The notes under the pieces: model-generated
Databases searched by the model: none
What the model was told of the DNA's origin: nothing
The model's input: only the letters and a program-made list of their open reading frames with translations
Sequence record: MW679410.1
Origin: Escherichia phage C6
DNA length: 64,000 nt
Reading direction: 5' to 3' (one strand)
Translations under genes and position numbers: made by a program
Part shown: positions 55,279 through 63,826 of the stretch, one piece after another
How positions within the stretch are numbered: position 1 is the first letter of the stretch
Layout of the letters: every line of letters begins with the position of its first letter

Positions 55279-55717
55279 AATCTACCACCACTAAATTAAT
55301 ATCAGGAGTAAACAAATTAATCAATTGATAAACCTTGTCCCAATCACCACCAGCAATACCACAACCAATGCGAGGAATATAAATTCTTGGTTTAAACAAA
55401 AGACCTTTTGCGGTACGGTTTAATTCTATCATACAGTTTACTAAAGCACCATAATCAAGATTAGGGCCTGGTTCATATTGGGTATATAAATTATAGCAAA
55501 TTTGGCCGTTATTACCTGTGGCTTGAGTAAACGTGCCAAGTTTTTCCAAATTGCCTAAATAAGTGGTTTTATCGATAGCGAGAATAGGTGGATAAGCCTT
55601 AGCCAATTGTCCGGCTACACCTGAACCCATTGTGTGGAAACAGTTACACCCGTGTGCAACATTATTACCTTGAAGAAATAGGGCGACGATATCGCCCTTA
55701 ATATAATCAATAATCAT
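55250..55717 (-). CDS. macro-domain protein (ADP-ribose binding/hydrolase)
   Basis: 155 aa; GNNVAHGCNCFHTMGSGVAGQL resembles the N-A-A-N...G-G-G-V macro motif; second glycine-rich loop IGCGIAGG. Confidence 0.6.
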   Translation of the reverse strand: MIIDYIKGDIVALFLQGNNVAHGCNCFHTMGSGVAGQLAKAYPPILAIDKTTYLGNLEKLGTFTQATGNNGQICYNLYTQYEPGPNLDYGALVNCMIELNRTAKGLLFKPRIYIPRIGCGIAGGDWDKVYQLINLFTPDINLVVVDYESPLPASV

Positions 55718-56070
55718 TTAGAGTTTAATCCTCGATTGTAAGAATCAACGAGTCTGTCTACCATAGACGCGCACATTTCTTTGTACTTTTTATCAGATGG
55801 AATACATTCAGTAACGTTTAGACGTTGCTCGTATCTTTTAGAAAGAGTTTTCTCTTTCATTCTGCGATGCTCTACGTCGTTCTGTCCATCTTTAAAAGCA
55901 GCTGTGATTTTTGAACTGAATTCGATAACGCATTCAGTATTACTTGGATGACAATAATCTTTTGCTGTACGGGTAGCATACTCAACAATTGAATTATTGC
56001 TATCATCAACTTGTGACGCTAATACTCCCGGAGCGATCAACATAAGCGCTATAGTCATCTGTTTAATCAT
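55714..56070 (-). CDS. secreted protein (118 aa; vs-position)
   Basis: N-terminal signal peptide MIKQMTIALMLIAPGVLAS. Confidence 0.5.
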   Translation of the reverse strand: MIKQMTIALMLIAPGVLASQVDDSNNSIVEYATRTAKDYCHPSNTECVIEFSSKITAAFKDGQNDVEHRRMKEKTLSKRYEQRLNVTECIPSDKKYKEMCASMVDRLVDSYNRGLNSK

Positions 56071-56610
56071 TTAATATACCGCCTCAAACATCTTTTTAGA
56101 TTTTAGGTAATTGGCCTTTTCTAGAACTTCAGAAGCATATTTACTGCCTGCTTTGACGTTCCAGCCCGCATTATAAGAAGCAATCGCTTTTCTCAGGTCA
56201 CCTTTGTGAACATCAATCCAATAAGACAGTTCAATGTAGGCCCAAGAGGCACTGTTCTGTCGTTTTTGGACCATACGAATTATTTCTTTGTCAGACATCT
56301 TCCAACCTACCTGTTGAACACGACTTCTTAACGTAGGCAAGTAATTTTGGAACATGCCATAAGCATGGTGCTTATCTTTATTTAAACCTTGATTAATTCC
56401 GGCGGATGATTCCTGCCATAGTAATCCGGCCATGATATATCCTAATCCTTTTTGATTAGGGTTTTCTTTGAACTTTCCCGACTTTTGGTATTGTTCACCG
56501 AAAGCATACGCATAATGTAAATTATCGAGTTGTTCATTACTGAAAGTAGGCTCTACGCTATGGGCAGACATACTAACTGTCAATAGTAAAGTGGCTAATA
56601 CTTTTTTCAT
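56071..56610 (-). CDS. secreted lytic-transglycosylase-like protein
   Basis: 179 aa; signal peptide; SLT-like catalytic segment LWQESS...HAYGMFQ. Confidence 0.5.
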   Translation of the reverse strand: MKKVLATLLLTVSMSAHSVEPTFSNEQLDNLHYAYAFGEQYQKSGKFKENPNQKGLGYIMAGLLWQESSAGINQGLNKDKHHAYGMFQNYLPTLRSRVQQVGWKMSDKEIIRMVQKRQNSASWAYIELSYWIDVHKGDLRKAIASYNAGWNVKAGSKYASEVLEKANYLKSKKMFEAVY

Positions 56611-56622
56611 GAGACCTCATTA

Positions 56623-57081
56623 TTAAAGATAGATTACTTTAGTGCTTGTTTTACCTTCTAAACGTTTAGAGTTAACAAATGCCATACGGCATTTAAGGGA
56701 ATATCCTTTATCAGGATGTTTACGGTCTACTGTCATACCTAGCCATAAGGTTTTATCGGTAATTTCGAGACGCAATGGACGATACACTTTACCAGGGACA
56801 ATTTCAGATTCTACATCAGGCAGAGGTTCCTGGATTAAGAATTCATGGATTTCTTTAACATGGTTATGGAGTTGCTTGAATAAAGCAAAAACGTATTTTT
56901 CGTCGATTTCACGTTGGATAGCACGGTCCAACAAATGATTAGAGTACTTAATAAAGAAGGCTGGGACTCCGCTCTTAATGGCGGCTTTTTTGATGGACGC
57001 ATTCAGTTCACGGAATTCGGTTTCGAACTGACGACGTAATTTGTTGCGGCGGATGAATACTTCTGAATTAATTTCTGACAT
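56623..57081 (-). CDS. regB: endoribonuclease RegB
   Basis: 152 aa; EVFIRRNKLRRQFE...HLLDRAIQREIDE matches T4 RegB. Confidence 0.8.
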   Translation of the reverse strand: MSEINSEVFIRRNKLRRQFETEFRELNASIKKAAIKSGVPAFFIKYSNHLLDRAIQREIDEKYVFALFKQLHNHVKEIHEFLIQEPLPDVESEIVPGKVYRPLRLEITDKTLWLGMTVDRKHPDKGYSLKCRMAFVNSKRLEGKTSTKVIYL

Positions 57082-57109
57082 TTTGTAATCTCCTGTAGTT
57101 GATAGGTTT

Positions 57110-57138
57110 ATAGTATCATGTCTACAGGAGATGTAAAC
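57110..57138 (-). promoter_or_regulatory. T4-type early promoter cassette
   Basis: Minus strand GTTTAC-N17-TACTAT plus CTATCAAC leader. Confidence 0.6.
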
Positions 57139-57142
57139 TGCT

Positions 57143-57394
57143 TTATTCTTGGAATGGGGTAAGTTTTCCAGCAGCTGAACAAATTTCTACCAGTACAGGG
57201 TAAAACTCTTTCACTTGTTCAAGGCGTTGGGCGGCATACTGTACTTCGCCTTCTTCGAGACAAGCCAATTGGTCGTCAAGCAAGTATTTGTGGTAACCAG
57301 TACAGGCTTCACCGACGATACGCTGGAAATCTTGTAAACTTTCAATTTTCATCAGTATTTTTCCTCGGGTTGGAAAACGGAACGGCACGCCCAC
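57143..57394 (-). CDS. hypothetical protein (83 aa)
   Basis: ORF. Confidence 0.5.
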   Translation of the reverse strand: MGVPFRFPTRGKILMKIESLQDFQRIVGEACTGYHKYLLDDQLACLEEGEVQYAAQRLEQVKEFYPVLVEICSAAGKLTPFQE

Positions 57395-57630
57395 ATGCTT
57401 GCTTCTTTCAAGCGTTCGATTGCTGTACGAATCTGGGCTAGGCGTTCATGGGTGAGGTTAAATTCTTCATCACTCATTTTATCAACACCCGAGCATGTAA
57501 AGGCTTCAACATATTCTTCTTCCAAGGCTTTAAAGATTAACCCCAATCGAACTTCAGCATCTTTAATCGCATTCACTTTACTGATTTTGTCGTCGGTATG
57601 CGGTTTGTAACCCTTGATATCTTCAATCAT
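57352..57630 (-). CDS. hypothetical protein (92 aa)
   Basis: ORF. Confidence 0.5.
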   Translation of the reverse strand: MIEDIKGYKPHTDDKISKVNAIKDAEVRLGLIFKALEEEYVEAFTCSGVDKMSDEEFNLTHERLAQIRTAIERLKEASMWACRSVFQPEEKY

Positions 57631-57845
57631 TTCACTTCCTCATCAGATGCAGTATCATATTCTACCAAACGAAGCCCATCATATCCACCACTAACAGAGA
57701 TATATGTGCTCGGATAAACGGTTTCTTTACCATTCCATTGTCCACCATCCCAGCATTCCAAAAAGCCTTGTTCGCCCTGTTCGTGGAACCAGTCAACAAA
57801 CATCTTCAGAGCTTCATCAGAGCCTTCAATTGTCAATTTAGACAT
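57627..57845 (-). CDS. hypothetical protein (72 aa)
   Basis: ORF. Confidence 0.5.
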   Translation of the reverse strand: MSKLTIEGSDEALKMFVDWFHEQGEQGFLECWDGGQWNGKETVYPSTYISVSGGYDGLRLVEYDTASDEEVK

Positions 57846-58182
57846 ATTTCTTCCAGTCAGAAATCATATGAATCTCTTGGTCATAAGTTAAGAGACTGCG
57901 AGTAATAATACCCTTACAAGGCCCTGAGATGAACTCGAGAGTGAAGTAAGGAACCTGTTTCATTAATCGGATACTTGGGGCATGACATCTAAAACGAGAG
58001 CCCTTAAAGGGCCCTGTCATGAACACGTATTCTAGTGGGTAAAAATAAGCATATTCAAAATTCGCGGTAAGGTCCTCTCTTCGAACCTTACGTGAGAAAT
58101 AACAGAACTCAAAAAGTTCTTCATCAGTCATCATTGCATTCCTATCACAAAGAACAGAGGCAAAGGTTTGTCGCCTTGGCAC
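57838..58182 (-). CDS. hypothetical protein (start ambiguous, about 98-114 aa)
   Basis: ORF. Confidence 0.5.
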   Translation of the reverse strand: MPRRQTFASVLCDRNAMMTDEELFEFCYFSRKVRREDLTANFEYAYFYPLEYVFMTGPFKGSRFRCHAPSIRLMKQVPYFTLEFISGPCKGIITRSLLTYDQEIHMISDWKKYV

Positions 58183-58658
58183 ATAAATTTATTAATCATT
58201 ACCTGATAAGCTTCATAGAACTTATCCATTGCCGGAAGGCGCATCGGCTCTTCGATAATAATCAATAATCGAGTAACAGATAGTCCACGATACTTATGGA
58301 AATGGTCTTCATCAAGGAAACTGCGCACAGTATCATAGACAATAAAACCAGGACCTTCGACTTGGAGATGTGGTTGTGCCTTAGAAACCTGTTTTATTAC
58401 ATTACAAATTTCCCGCGAGCGATGCGAAGAACTTGACATAACAATCACATCATTACCTTTGGAAACCCAATCAGCTGCGAACTGAGCAAGGGCACTTGTT
58501 TTACCTGTTTGGCGTCCGCCATCAAGTCGAAGAGTACCAAACTCTTGCATTCTTGAAGCAGGTTCGTACCAGGTATATTGGTCTGAGTCTAAACGTTCAA
58601 TGGCGCGTTCAGCGAAGGCGTGCATTAAGGTTAGATAAATGGGAGTTAAAAATTTCAT
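58131..58658 (-). CDS. small P-loop NTPase (175 aa)
   Basis: Walker A GGRQTGKTSA; Walker B-like IIIEEP. Confidence 0.6.
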   Translation of the reverse strand: MKFLTPIYLTLMHAFAERAIERLDSDQYTWYEPASRMQEFGTLRLDGGRQTGKTSALAQFAADWVSKGNDVIVMSSSSHRSREICNVIKQVSKAQPHLQVEGPGFIVYDTVRSFLDEDHFHKYRGLSVTRLLIIIEEPMRLPAMDKFYEAYQVMINKFMCQGDKPLPLFFVIGMQ

Positions 58659-58819
58659 AGTAGTCTCTTAGTGGTGGGGCCATTCCTTGGCACATTAAGT
58701 CATCCATGTATCCGTATGTAAACCCTTTACCGCACTTGGGCTCGACCTTATTACAGGTAGGGAAAGGCCCATCACTCAGAGGACACGACGTTCATGAGGA
58801 GAGGGTCGGCTTGCCTTTA

Positions 58820-59119
58820 TTAGAAAGAACCAGAACCTTTAATTGTGTTCTGACGACCTTTATTTTCTAATTCAGAGTGGTCGATTTCATATGCTTGTGC
58901 TACGCCAAAGGCCTTTTTAACTTTAGCTAAAGAACCTTTAGATGTAACAATATTAAAAGTATTACCTTTGGTAAAATCAACCAAATCCACTTGTACACCC
59001 TGTTTACCGAGGCTTGCTACAATAGCATCAACATATTCTTGGTCTAAATTGCCTTGAACTCCAATTTGAAATGCTTTAGGAGCTTTGGCTTCTGTAATAA
59101 ATTCTTGATAAGTTTTCAT
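58820..59119 (-). CDS. internal protein (IPII-like) with capsid-targeting sequence
   Basis: 99 aa; N-terminus MKTYQEFITEA is the T4 internal-protein CTS. Confidence 0.7.
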   Translation of the reverse strand: MKTYQEFITEAKAPKAFQIGVQGNLDQEYVDAIVASLGKQGVQVDLVDFTKGNTFNIVTSKGSLAKVKKAFGVAQAYEIDHSELENKGRQNTIKGSGSF

Positions 59120-59162
59120 TGTTATTCCTTAAGTTGATAGAAGTATTCTATCACGGATTTAA

Positions 59163-59579
59163 TTAAGCGTAAATAGCCTTGCCATAATGTTTGTACCAGG
59201 TAGGACGCTGTGCAATTTTTTCGTCCAAACGGGCCTGAGATATAGCAATAGAAGCTTCGTGTGGAGTATAGTCACCACGGAATTCCTGAGGAATATCACT
59301 AATGTCCTGGACCGTAGTATCCTTGATATTAAAACCACGTTTTAAACATTCCGCTATAAGCTCGATTTGACGTTTACGTAAAAATTCAAGCTTATCATAA
59401 AAGAAAGTAACATGGCCGGTACCAAGGATAAAAGTAGAGCTAATTTTAAAATCACGAACACGTTTACCATTAGCAACATGCTTACGAACTGCACCGAAAA
59501 CACGTGGTAATTCGCGATATTCAGCCATTAAGTGTTGGTCGGCCAATTCAGATACTAAGGTAAGGTTAATACGAGTCAT
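59163..59579 (-). CDS. denV: endonuclease V (pyrimidine-dimer DNA glycosylase)
   Basis: Start set at [34 protein letters not shown], which matches T4 DenV. Confidence 0.85.
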   Translation of the reverse strand: MTRINLTLVSELADQHLMAEYRELPRVFGAVRKHVANGKRVRDFKISSTFILGTGHVTFFYDKLEFLRKRQIELIAECLKRGFNIKDTTVQDISDIPQEFRGDYTPHEASIAISQARLDEKIAQRPTWYKHYGKAIYA

Positions 59580-59639
59580 TTTAGTGTTCTCCATGTTTGT
59601 GTGAGAACACTATATCACAGCTATTGTAAAAGTAAACTG

Positions 59640-59942
59640 TTATTTACCTTTAATTGCTTTAGCTGCTTCGGTAGCCGCTTGCTGAAGGTCATCCATAGAC
59701 ATACCAAACTTAGAAGCAAAGTTATCAATTTTCTTTTCGACAGAATTCAAAGGCTTGGCCTGTTTACCTTCATTAGCGCCCGGGAGAGCGAGAATACGCT
59801 CTTTCTCAATATAAAGGCTTACAAGTTTCTTACGGTCTTTATCTGGCAAATCATGAAATGAATGGGCCTTTTTATTTACGGCGGCTTCTAATTTACCTGC
59901 AGTTACGCGGGCTTCAGTGATAAATTCTTGATAGGTTTTCAT
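59640..59942 (-). CDS. internal protein with capsid-targeting sequence
   Basis: 100 aa; N-terminus MKTYQEFITEA. Confidence 0.7.
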   Translation of the reverse strand: MKTYQEFITEARVTAGKLEAAVNKKAHSFHDLPDKDRKKLVSLYIEKERILALPGANEGKQAKPLNSVEKKIDNFASKFGMSMDDLQQAATEAAKAIKGK

Positions 59943-59983
59943 ATGTTTCCTTTAAAGGTAAATAGGTCTAAGTATTCGCTTTA

Positions 59984-60580
59984 TTAATTACCACGGGCCG
60001 CATTAGCAACGGCGTAAGCGTACTGGATATTAGCGTCTTTAAACGTACCTTTAGAGGTATCTAGTTCTGCCTTAAAGCCAGCTTTAGTCATAACATCAGC
60101 GAATTCTTTACGGAAAGCCATTGTATCAAGACCTTTCCATGTTGATTTGTGCTTGGCAAATTCAAGACCAGCGAAGTTGACAGCCTTAGCCAATTTATTA
60201 TCAATAGCCCATTTACCTGCTTTAGGTACAAATACCGGGCCTTTCTGTTTAGAGAACAGTTTTAAATTCCAGCGACGAAGGTCACCGTCGGCTTTAATAA
60301 AAGCTGCGTCCAAGTTACTAGCAACAACATCTTGGATATGGCCAAATTTAAGTCCATCAGCTTCAATATTTAGGTCGTTACGCCAGCGAAGTCCTTCCCA
60401 GGCGAAAGCTTTAAAGTCGGAAGCCTTTGTAGCTAAATACCGTTCAATAGGAGCTGTTTTAGCGTCAAAACCGTTTCCTGGGTTGTCAACGCCGTTTCCT
60501 CGGTAAGTCCACTCATCTTTATTAATGCCTTGGACCTTTCCTACAGAAGCTTCGGCGATAAATTCTTTATACGTTTTCAT
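59984..60580 (-). CDS. internal protein (IPIII-like) with capsid-targeting sequence
   Basis: 198 aa; N-terminus MKTYKEFIAEA; close to T4 IPIII length. Confidence 0.7.
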   Translation of the reverse strand: MKTYKEFIAEASVGKVQGINKDEWTYRGNGVDNPGNGFDAKTAPIERYLATKASDFKAFAWEGLRWRNDLNIEADGLKFGHIQDVVASNLDAAFIKADGDLRRWNLKLFSKQKGPVFVPKAGKWAIDNKLAKAVNFAGLEFAKHKSTWKGLDTMAFRKEFADVMTKAGFKAELDTSKGTFKDANIQYAYAVANAARGN

Positions 60581-60633
60581 ACGGGTTCCTTAAAGGTAAA
60601 TATTTTAATTGGTATGTTCAAGTAACTGTAGAT

Positions 60634-60662
60634 ATACTATCACAATTCTAGGAGATGTAAAC
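60634..60662 (-). promoter_or_regulatory. T4-type early promoter
   Basis: Minus strand GTTTAC-N17-TAGTAT upstream of an internal-protein gene. Confidence 0.5.
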
Positions 60663-61061
60663 TTATTTGTAGGTTTTCATCCAATTCTTGAACAAAGCCG
60701 CGACGTCTTTCTCTTTAACGTTCAGTTTAACGTCCAACATTTTACCACCCGCTGCTCTCGTTTGGCGAATCTTAGCAGTACCGGTTTCACCATTCCACTC
60801 AACATAATACTGTCCAGTGTTCATTGCAATACCGTCACCGTAGTCTTCATTTTTAGAAGTGGTGAAGGCCAGCTTCATAGTCTTAGAGACGCGAGCCTGC
60901 ATGCCTGTCTGCAGAGCGTTACGAACTCGAATAACCTGAGGAGTGGCCTGGGTCAGGTTCTCATTCAGTTCTTCAGTGAACTCTTCAGATTCAAACATAT
61001 CCAAAAGTTCTTTAGATGCAGGAATTACATTCTCTGCGATAAATTCATTATAAGTTTTCAT
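60663..61061 (-). CDS. internal protein with capsid-targeting sequence
   Basis: 132 aa; N-terminus [11 protein letters not shown]. Confidence 0.7.
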   Translation of the reverse strand: MKTYNEFIAENVIPASKELLDMFESEEFTEELNENLTQATPQVIRVRNALQTGMQARVSKTMKLAFTTSKNEDYGDGIAMNTGQYYVEWNGETGTAKIRQTRAAGGKMLDVKLNVKEKDVAALFKNWMKTYK

Positions 61062-61542
61062 ATGCTTTCCAAGTACCTGTTTTAAATGTAGAAATCACGC
61101 GCTTAGCACGATTAGGAGTTTGTCTATACCAACGAGATTGGGCCAGGTTAACTGCCGCATCGTCCCAACGTTTCTGTTGGAGCATACGTAAAGAGTTAGT
61201 GAACCCGGCTACACCTGCTTCACCCATCTGGAAGACCATGTTAATTAAAGCACAACGACGAACTTCGTCCAGCACATCATAAACAGGTTTCAATTTAGGA
61301 TTACGCAGAATAGCTCTACGAGCATTTTCAACCGATCGGTTAAAGAGTTGCTCAGCTTCAGCCATAGTAATACGGCCATTACAAACCCGGCCCATAAGCT
61401 TATCAAGTTCAGCGCGAGCAACATCTTTAGATGGGTTCTTGGTAACCAACTGACCAATCCCAATAGTCCAATAACCTTCGGTGTCTTTATAAAGATTTAA
61501 ATCAAGACCTTCGTCTTGACGTAACATATCAAAAATATCCAT
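61048..61542 (-). CDS. e: lysozyme (endolysin, T4 e family)
   Basis: 164 aa; [32 protein letters not shown]... matches T4 lysozyme. Confidence 0.9.
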   Translation of the reverse strand: MDIFDMLRQDEGLDLNLYKDTEGYWTIGIGQLVTKNPSKDVARAELDKLMGRVCNGRITMAEAEQLFNRSVENARRAILRNPKLKPVYDVLDEVRRCALINMVFQMGEAGVAGFTNSLRMLQQKRWDDAAVNLAQSRWYRQTPNRAKRVISTFKTGTWKAYENL

Positions 61543-61572
61543 AATACCTCCTGAGTATAGGAGGTATTTATA

Positions 61573-62022
61573 TCAAAAGAGCGAATCTAAAACCTTAAAC
61601 ATCGACGGGCCCATGACATATTCCCATTGTGGACGTTTAATCAAAGCGAATGCATCGAATTCAGGAATCGTGCGACCGTCAGGGAATGTATGGTAAGCTG
61701 TACATTTGCAATCCTTGAACTGCTCGTGTTCCACAGGCACAGTATATAAGAACAGGTGTAGATTCTTATTGCTTGAATATTTGAACTCACCTAGGTCTTT
61801 CAGGAACGCAGGGTCGTATGCTGTGAATCCAATCTCTTCTTCGGTTTCACGCATCGCCGCTTGAATAGGCTCTTCGCCTGGTTCTACATGACCTTTAGGG
61901 ATGTCCCATTTATGACGCATATTCTCTGGATTACGAGAGCCTGTTACACGGCCCATGACCAGTTCTTTATCAACGGTCATGAATAAAATACCTGCCGATA
62001 ATTCTTTCGCTTTCTTACTCAT
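61573..62022 (-). CDS. nudE: Nudix hydrolase NudE
   Basis: Nudix box GHVEPGEEPIQAAMRETEEEIGF; start placed at an internal Met to avoid overlap with the upstream ORF. Confidence 0.75.
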   Translation of the reverse strand: MSKKAKELSAGILFMTVDKELVMGRVTGSRNPENMRHKWDIPKGHVEPGEEPIQAAMRETEEEIGFTAYDPAFLKDLGEFKYSSNKNLHLFLYTVPVEHEQFKDCKCTAYHTFPDGRTIPEFDAFALIKRPQWEYVMGPSMFKVLDSLF

Positions 62023-62260
62023 CGTCTCGTTCCCATGATTGTTTAAAAATATCTCGTATAATAATTTCAACACACGTTTCTGTTGACGGACTTTCACTAT
62101 CAGATATTTGGACCATATAATCAGAAATAGGTCGGAACATATCCAAGTCGCTTTCTAAATCTTCTTTGATTTTCTCTTCTGATGTTCCGGTGTCATAGGA
62201 ATACAGATAAGAATCACATGACTCGGATTTAATATAAATTGCAATACTCATTTGCGGCAT
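62015..62260 (-). CDS. hypothetical acidic protein (81 aa)
   Basis: ORF. Confidence 0.5.
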   Translation of the reverse strand: MPQMSIAIYIKSESCDSYLYSYDTGTSEEKIKEDLESDLDMFRPISDYMVQISDSESPSTETCVEIIIRDIFKQSWERDDE

Positions 62261-62835
62261 TCCTCAATAAAGGAGTTCAATGTATTTTTCTTGGTGTTAT
62301 CATCATATACCTTTTTAACTTTAGAAATACGAAAAGGTACTTCGATAACCGAGGTCCATAAAAATGATGCAATAAGACCCGAGATAGCTGCAGACATCGC
62401 TGAAGCAAATACACAAATAGGCAGGTCATTATCTGTTGTCAGGAAAAACCAAAGGAGTGGAAAAAATAATATTCCCATCCAAACATAGAACCTAGAACTC
62501 ACTAATTTGTCATATTCGTCACTCCATGCACGAAAGCCGTATTTTTTGCTATAACAAATCAATGGGTCAGGTGTCTGTTCTTTGAGCGGTTCTGGTTGCC
62601 AACCGTTTACAATATAGCCCATTTTATATTCCTCAATTAAAAGCCGTTTCATTTCAGCAGTACAACCTGACCAATCTATCGTACTAGCTGGAATTCCTTC
62701 ATCACCATCATCAATATTTCGCCAGGACTTTTTAATAATCATATGCTCACCACTTGGGATAATAATTCCGGCATTTTCCGACCGACGGATGAAGTTTGTA
62801 TCAATGCCCATACACCCGGGTTCATAAAGGGCCAT
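62248..62835 (-). CDS. membrane protein (195 aa)
   Basis: Two TM helices in the C-terminal half. Confidence 0.6.
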   Translation of the reverse strand: MALYEPGCMGIDTNFIRRSENAGIIIPSGEHMIIKKSWRNIDDGDEGIPASTIDWSGCTAEMKRLLIEEYKMGYIVNGWQPEPLKEQTPDPLICYSKKYGFRAWSDEYDKLVSSRFYVWMGILFFPLLWFFLTTDNDLPICVFASAMSAAISGLIASFLWTSVIEVPFRISKVKKVYDDNTKKNTLNSFIEECRK

Positions 62836-63524
62836 TACCAGCCCTCCATAGGGAATTCCAGATATACTTGAGCATTAACACGGATTTCATTAGTAATCTT
62901 TTTAACACGGTCGGTATTACGAGACACACGACCAAACCAGCGCCAACCGTTACTTACTGCACGAGAACCCGTATGCCATGTCTGCCAATCAAACTGGAGC
63001 AACGTGCGGTCAGGAGCATCCCACTTGGTTAATTCATTAGACTCAATTTTTTCCAGAACTTCTTTATGCCACTGACGATAGATAAGTTCGCCTTCAGGAA
63101 TCTGGCTAAATTGCGCAGTTCCGGTTGCAAAATGGGTAGGACACACATCAGCGTTAACAAGACCAAGAATATGTTCAGAATGGTAACGAGGATTATCATA
63201 ATCAGGCTGCCCTGCGGTAATAAAGTGTTGACCGACCGGAATATCCGGGCGTGGTACATCATCATGGTGGAAGCCTGGAATTGCAGGGTACCAGCCGGGC
63301 ATTAACATGTGTACACGGGAATCAAATACAATATCAGGGCCACATTGCCAATCTTCAGGCAGGTTTTCAATAAAGCTACGAGTAATAGGACCGCCGTGTT
63401 TATGAGCAAAATAAGCATCGCAATTAAAGAACATAGGCTCATTTTTAATCATATCATTACTGATATCTTGAGCAAAATTACCTACTATAGAAGCTTTAGA
63501 ATTAAAAGTTTTTGGGCCATTCAT
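62835..63524 (-). CDS. hypothetical protein (229 aa)
   Basis: ORF; His/Asp-rich segment PGFHHDDVP. Confidence 0.65.
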   Translation of the reverse strand: MNGPKTFNSKASIVGNFAQDISNDMIKNEPMFFNCDAYFAHKHGGPITRSFIENLPEDWQCGPDIVFDSRVHMLMPGWYPAIPGFHHDDVPRPDIPVGQHFITAGQPDYDNPRYHSEHILGLVNADVCPTHFATGTAQFSQIPEGELIYRQWHKEVLEKIESNELTKWDAPDRTLLQFDWQTWHTGSRAVSNGWRWFGRVSRNTDRVKKITNEIRVNAQVYLEFPMEGW

Positions 63525-63538
63525 AATATTTTCCTCAC

Positions 63539-63751
63539 TTACTTTTTGTTGAAAAAGTACATTTTACCTTTAGGGGATAAGGATACACGAAGTGCGTTAC
63601 CAATACCAACTGAACATTTAACCAGGTCAGCAGATTTCAATTCACCAAATGCTTGACGAAGGTCACCGTCACGAGTGTTAACCATCAGGCATTTAGCACC
63701 AGCTGCACGAACTTCGTTTAACATGTTGATTGCTTGGTTAGAAAGTTTCAT
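63539..63751 (-). CDS. hypothetical protein (about 70 aa)
   Basis: Start set at MKLSNQAINML, downstream of the promoter cassette that lies inside the longer ORF-track call. Confidence 0.55.
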   Translation of the reverse strand: MKLSNQAINMLNEVRAAGAKCLMVNTRDGDLRQAFGELKSADLVKCSVGIGNALRVSLSPKGKMYFFNKK

Positions 63752-63788
63752 TTTATTCTCCGTTTCACTCTGTTGTTTTGATAGGTCT

Positions 63789-63817
63789 ATAGTATCATGC
63801 CTATAGACCTTGTAAAC
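63789..63817 (-). promoter_or_regulatory. T4-type early promoter cassette
   Basis: Minus strand GTTTAC-N17-TACTAT with flanking inverted repeat AGGTCTATAG/CTATAGACCT. Confidence 0.6.
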
Positions 63818-63826
63818 AATTTTATG

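Noticed and set aside
58741-58760. GGTCGAGCCC segment resembling a tRNA T-arm, considered as a possible tRNA gene
   Set aside because: No flanking complementary stems, acceptor stem or anticodon arm could be built by eye. The T4 tRNA cluster would lie downstream of this window.
62835-63524. Possible 2OG-Fe(II) oxygenase HxD...H motif in the 229-aa ORF
   Set aside because: Only a His/Asp cluster (FHHDD) is visible. No convincing downstream His and RxS could be aligned by eye, which is too weak to call.
6658-63817. Recurring ~20-nt motif (GTTGATAGGTCTATAGTATCA and variants) considered as a possible CRISPR-like repeat array
   Set aside because: Copies are kilobases apart, each sits directly upstream of a gene start, and the motif resolves into -35 GTTTAC / -10 TATAAT promoter elements plus a leader with an SD. 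It is a promoter cassette, not a repeat-spacer array.
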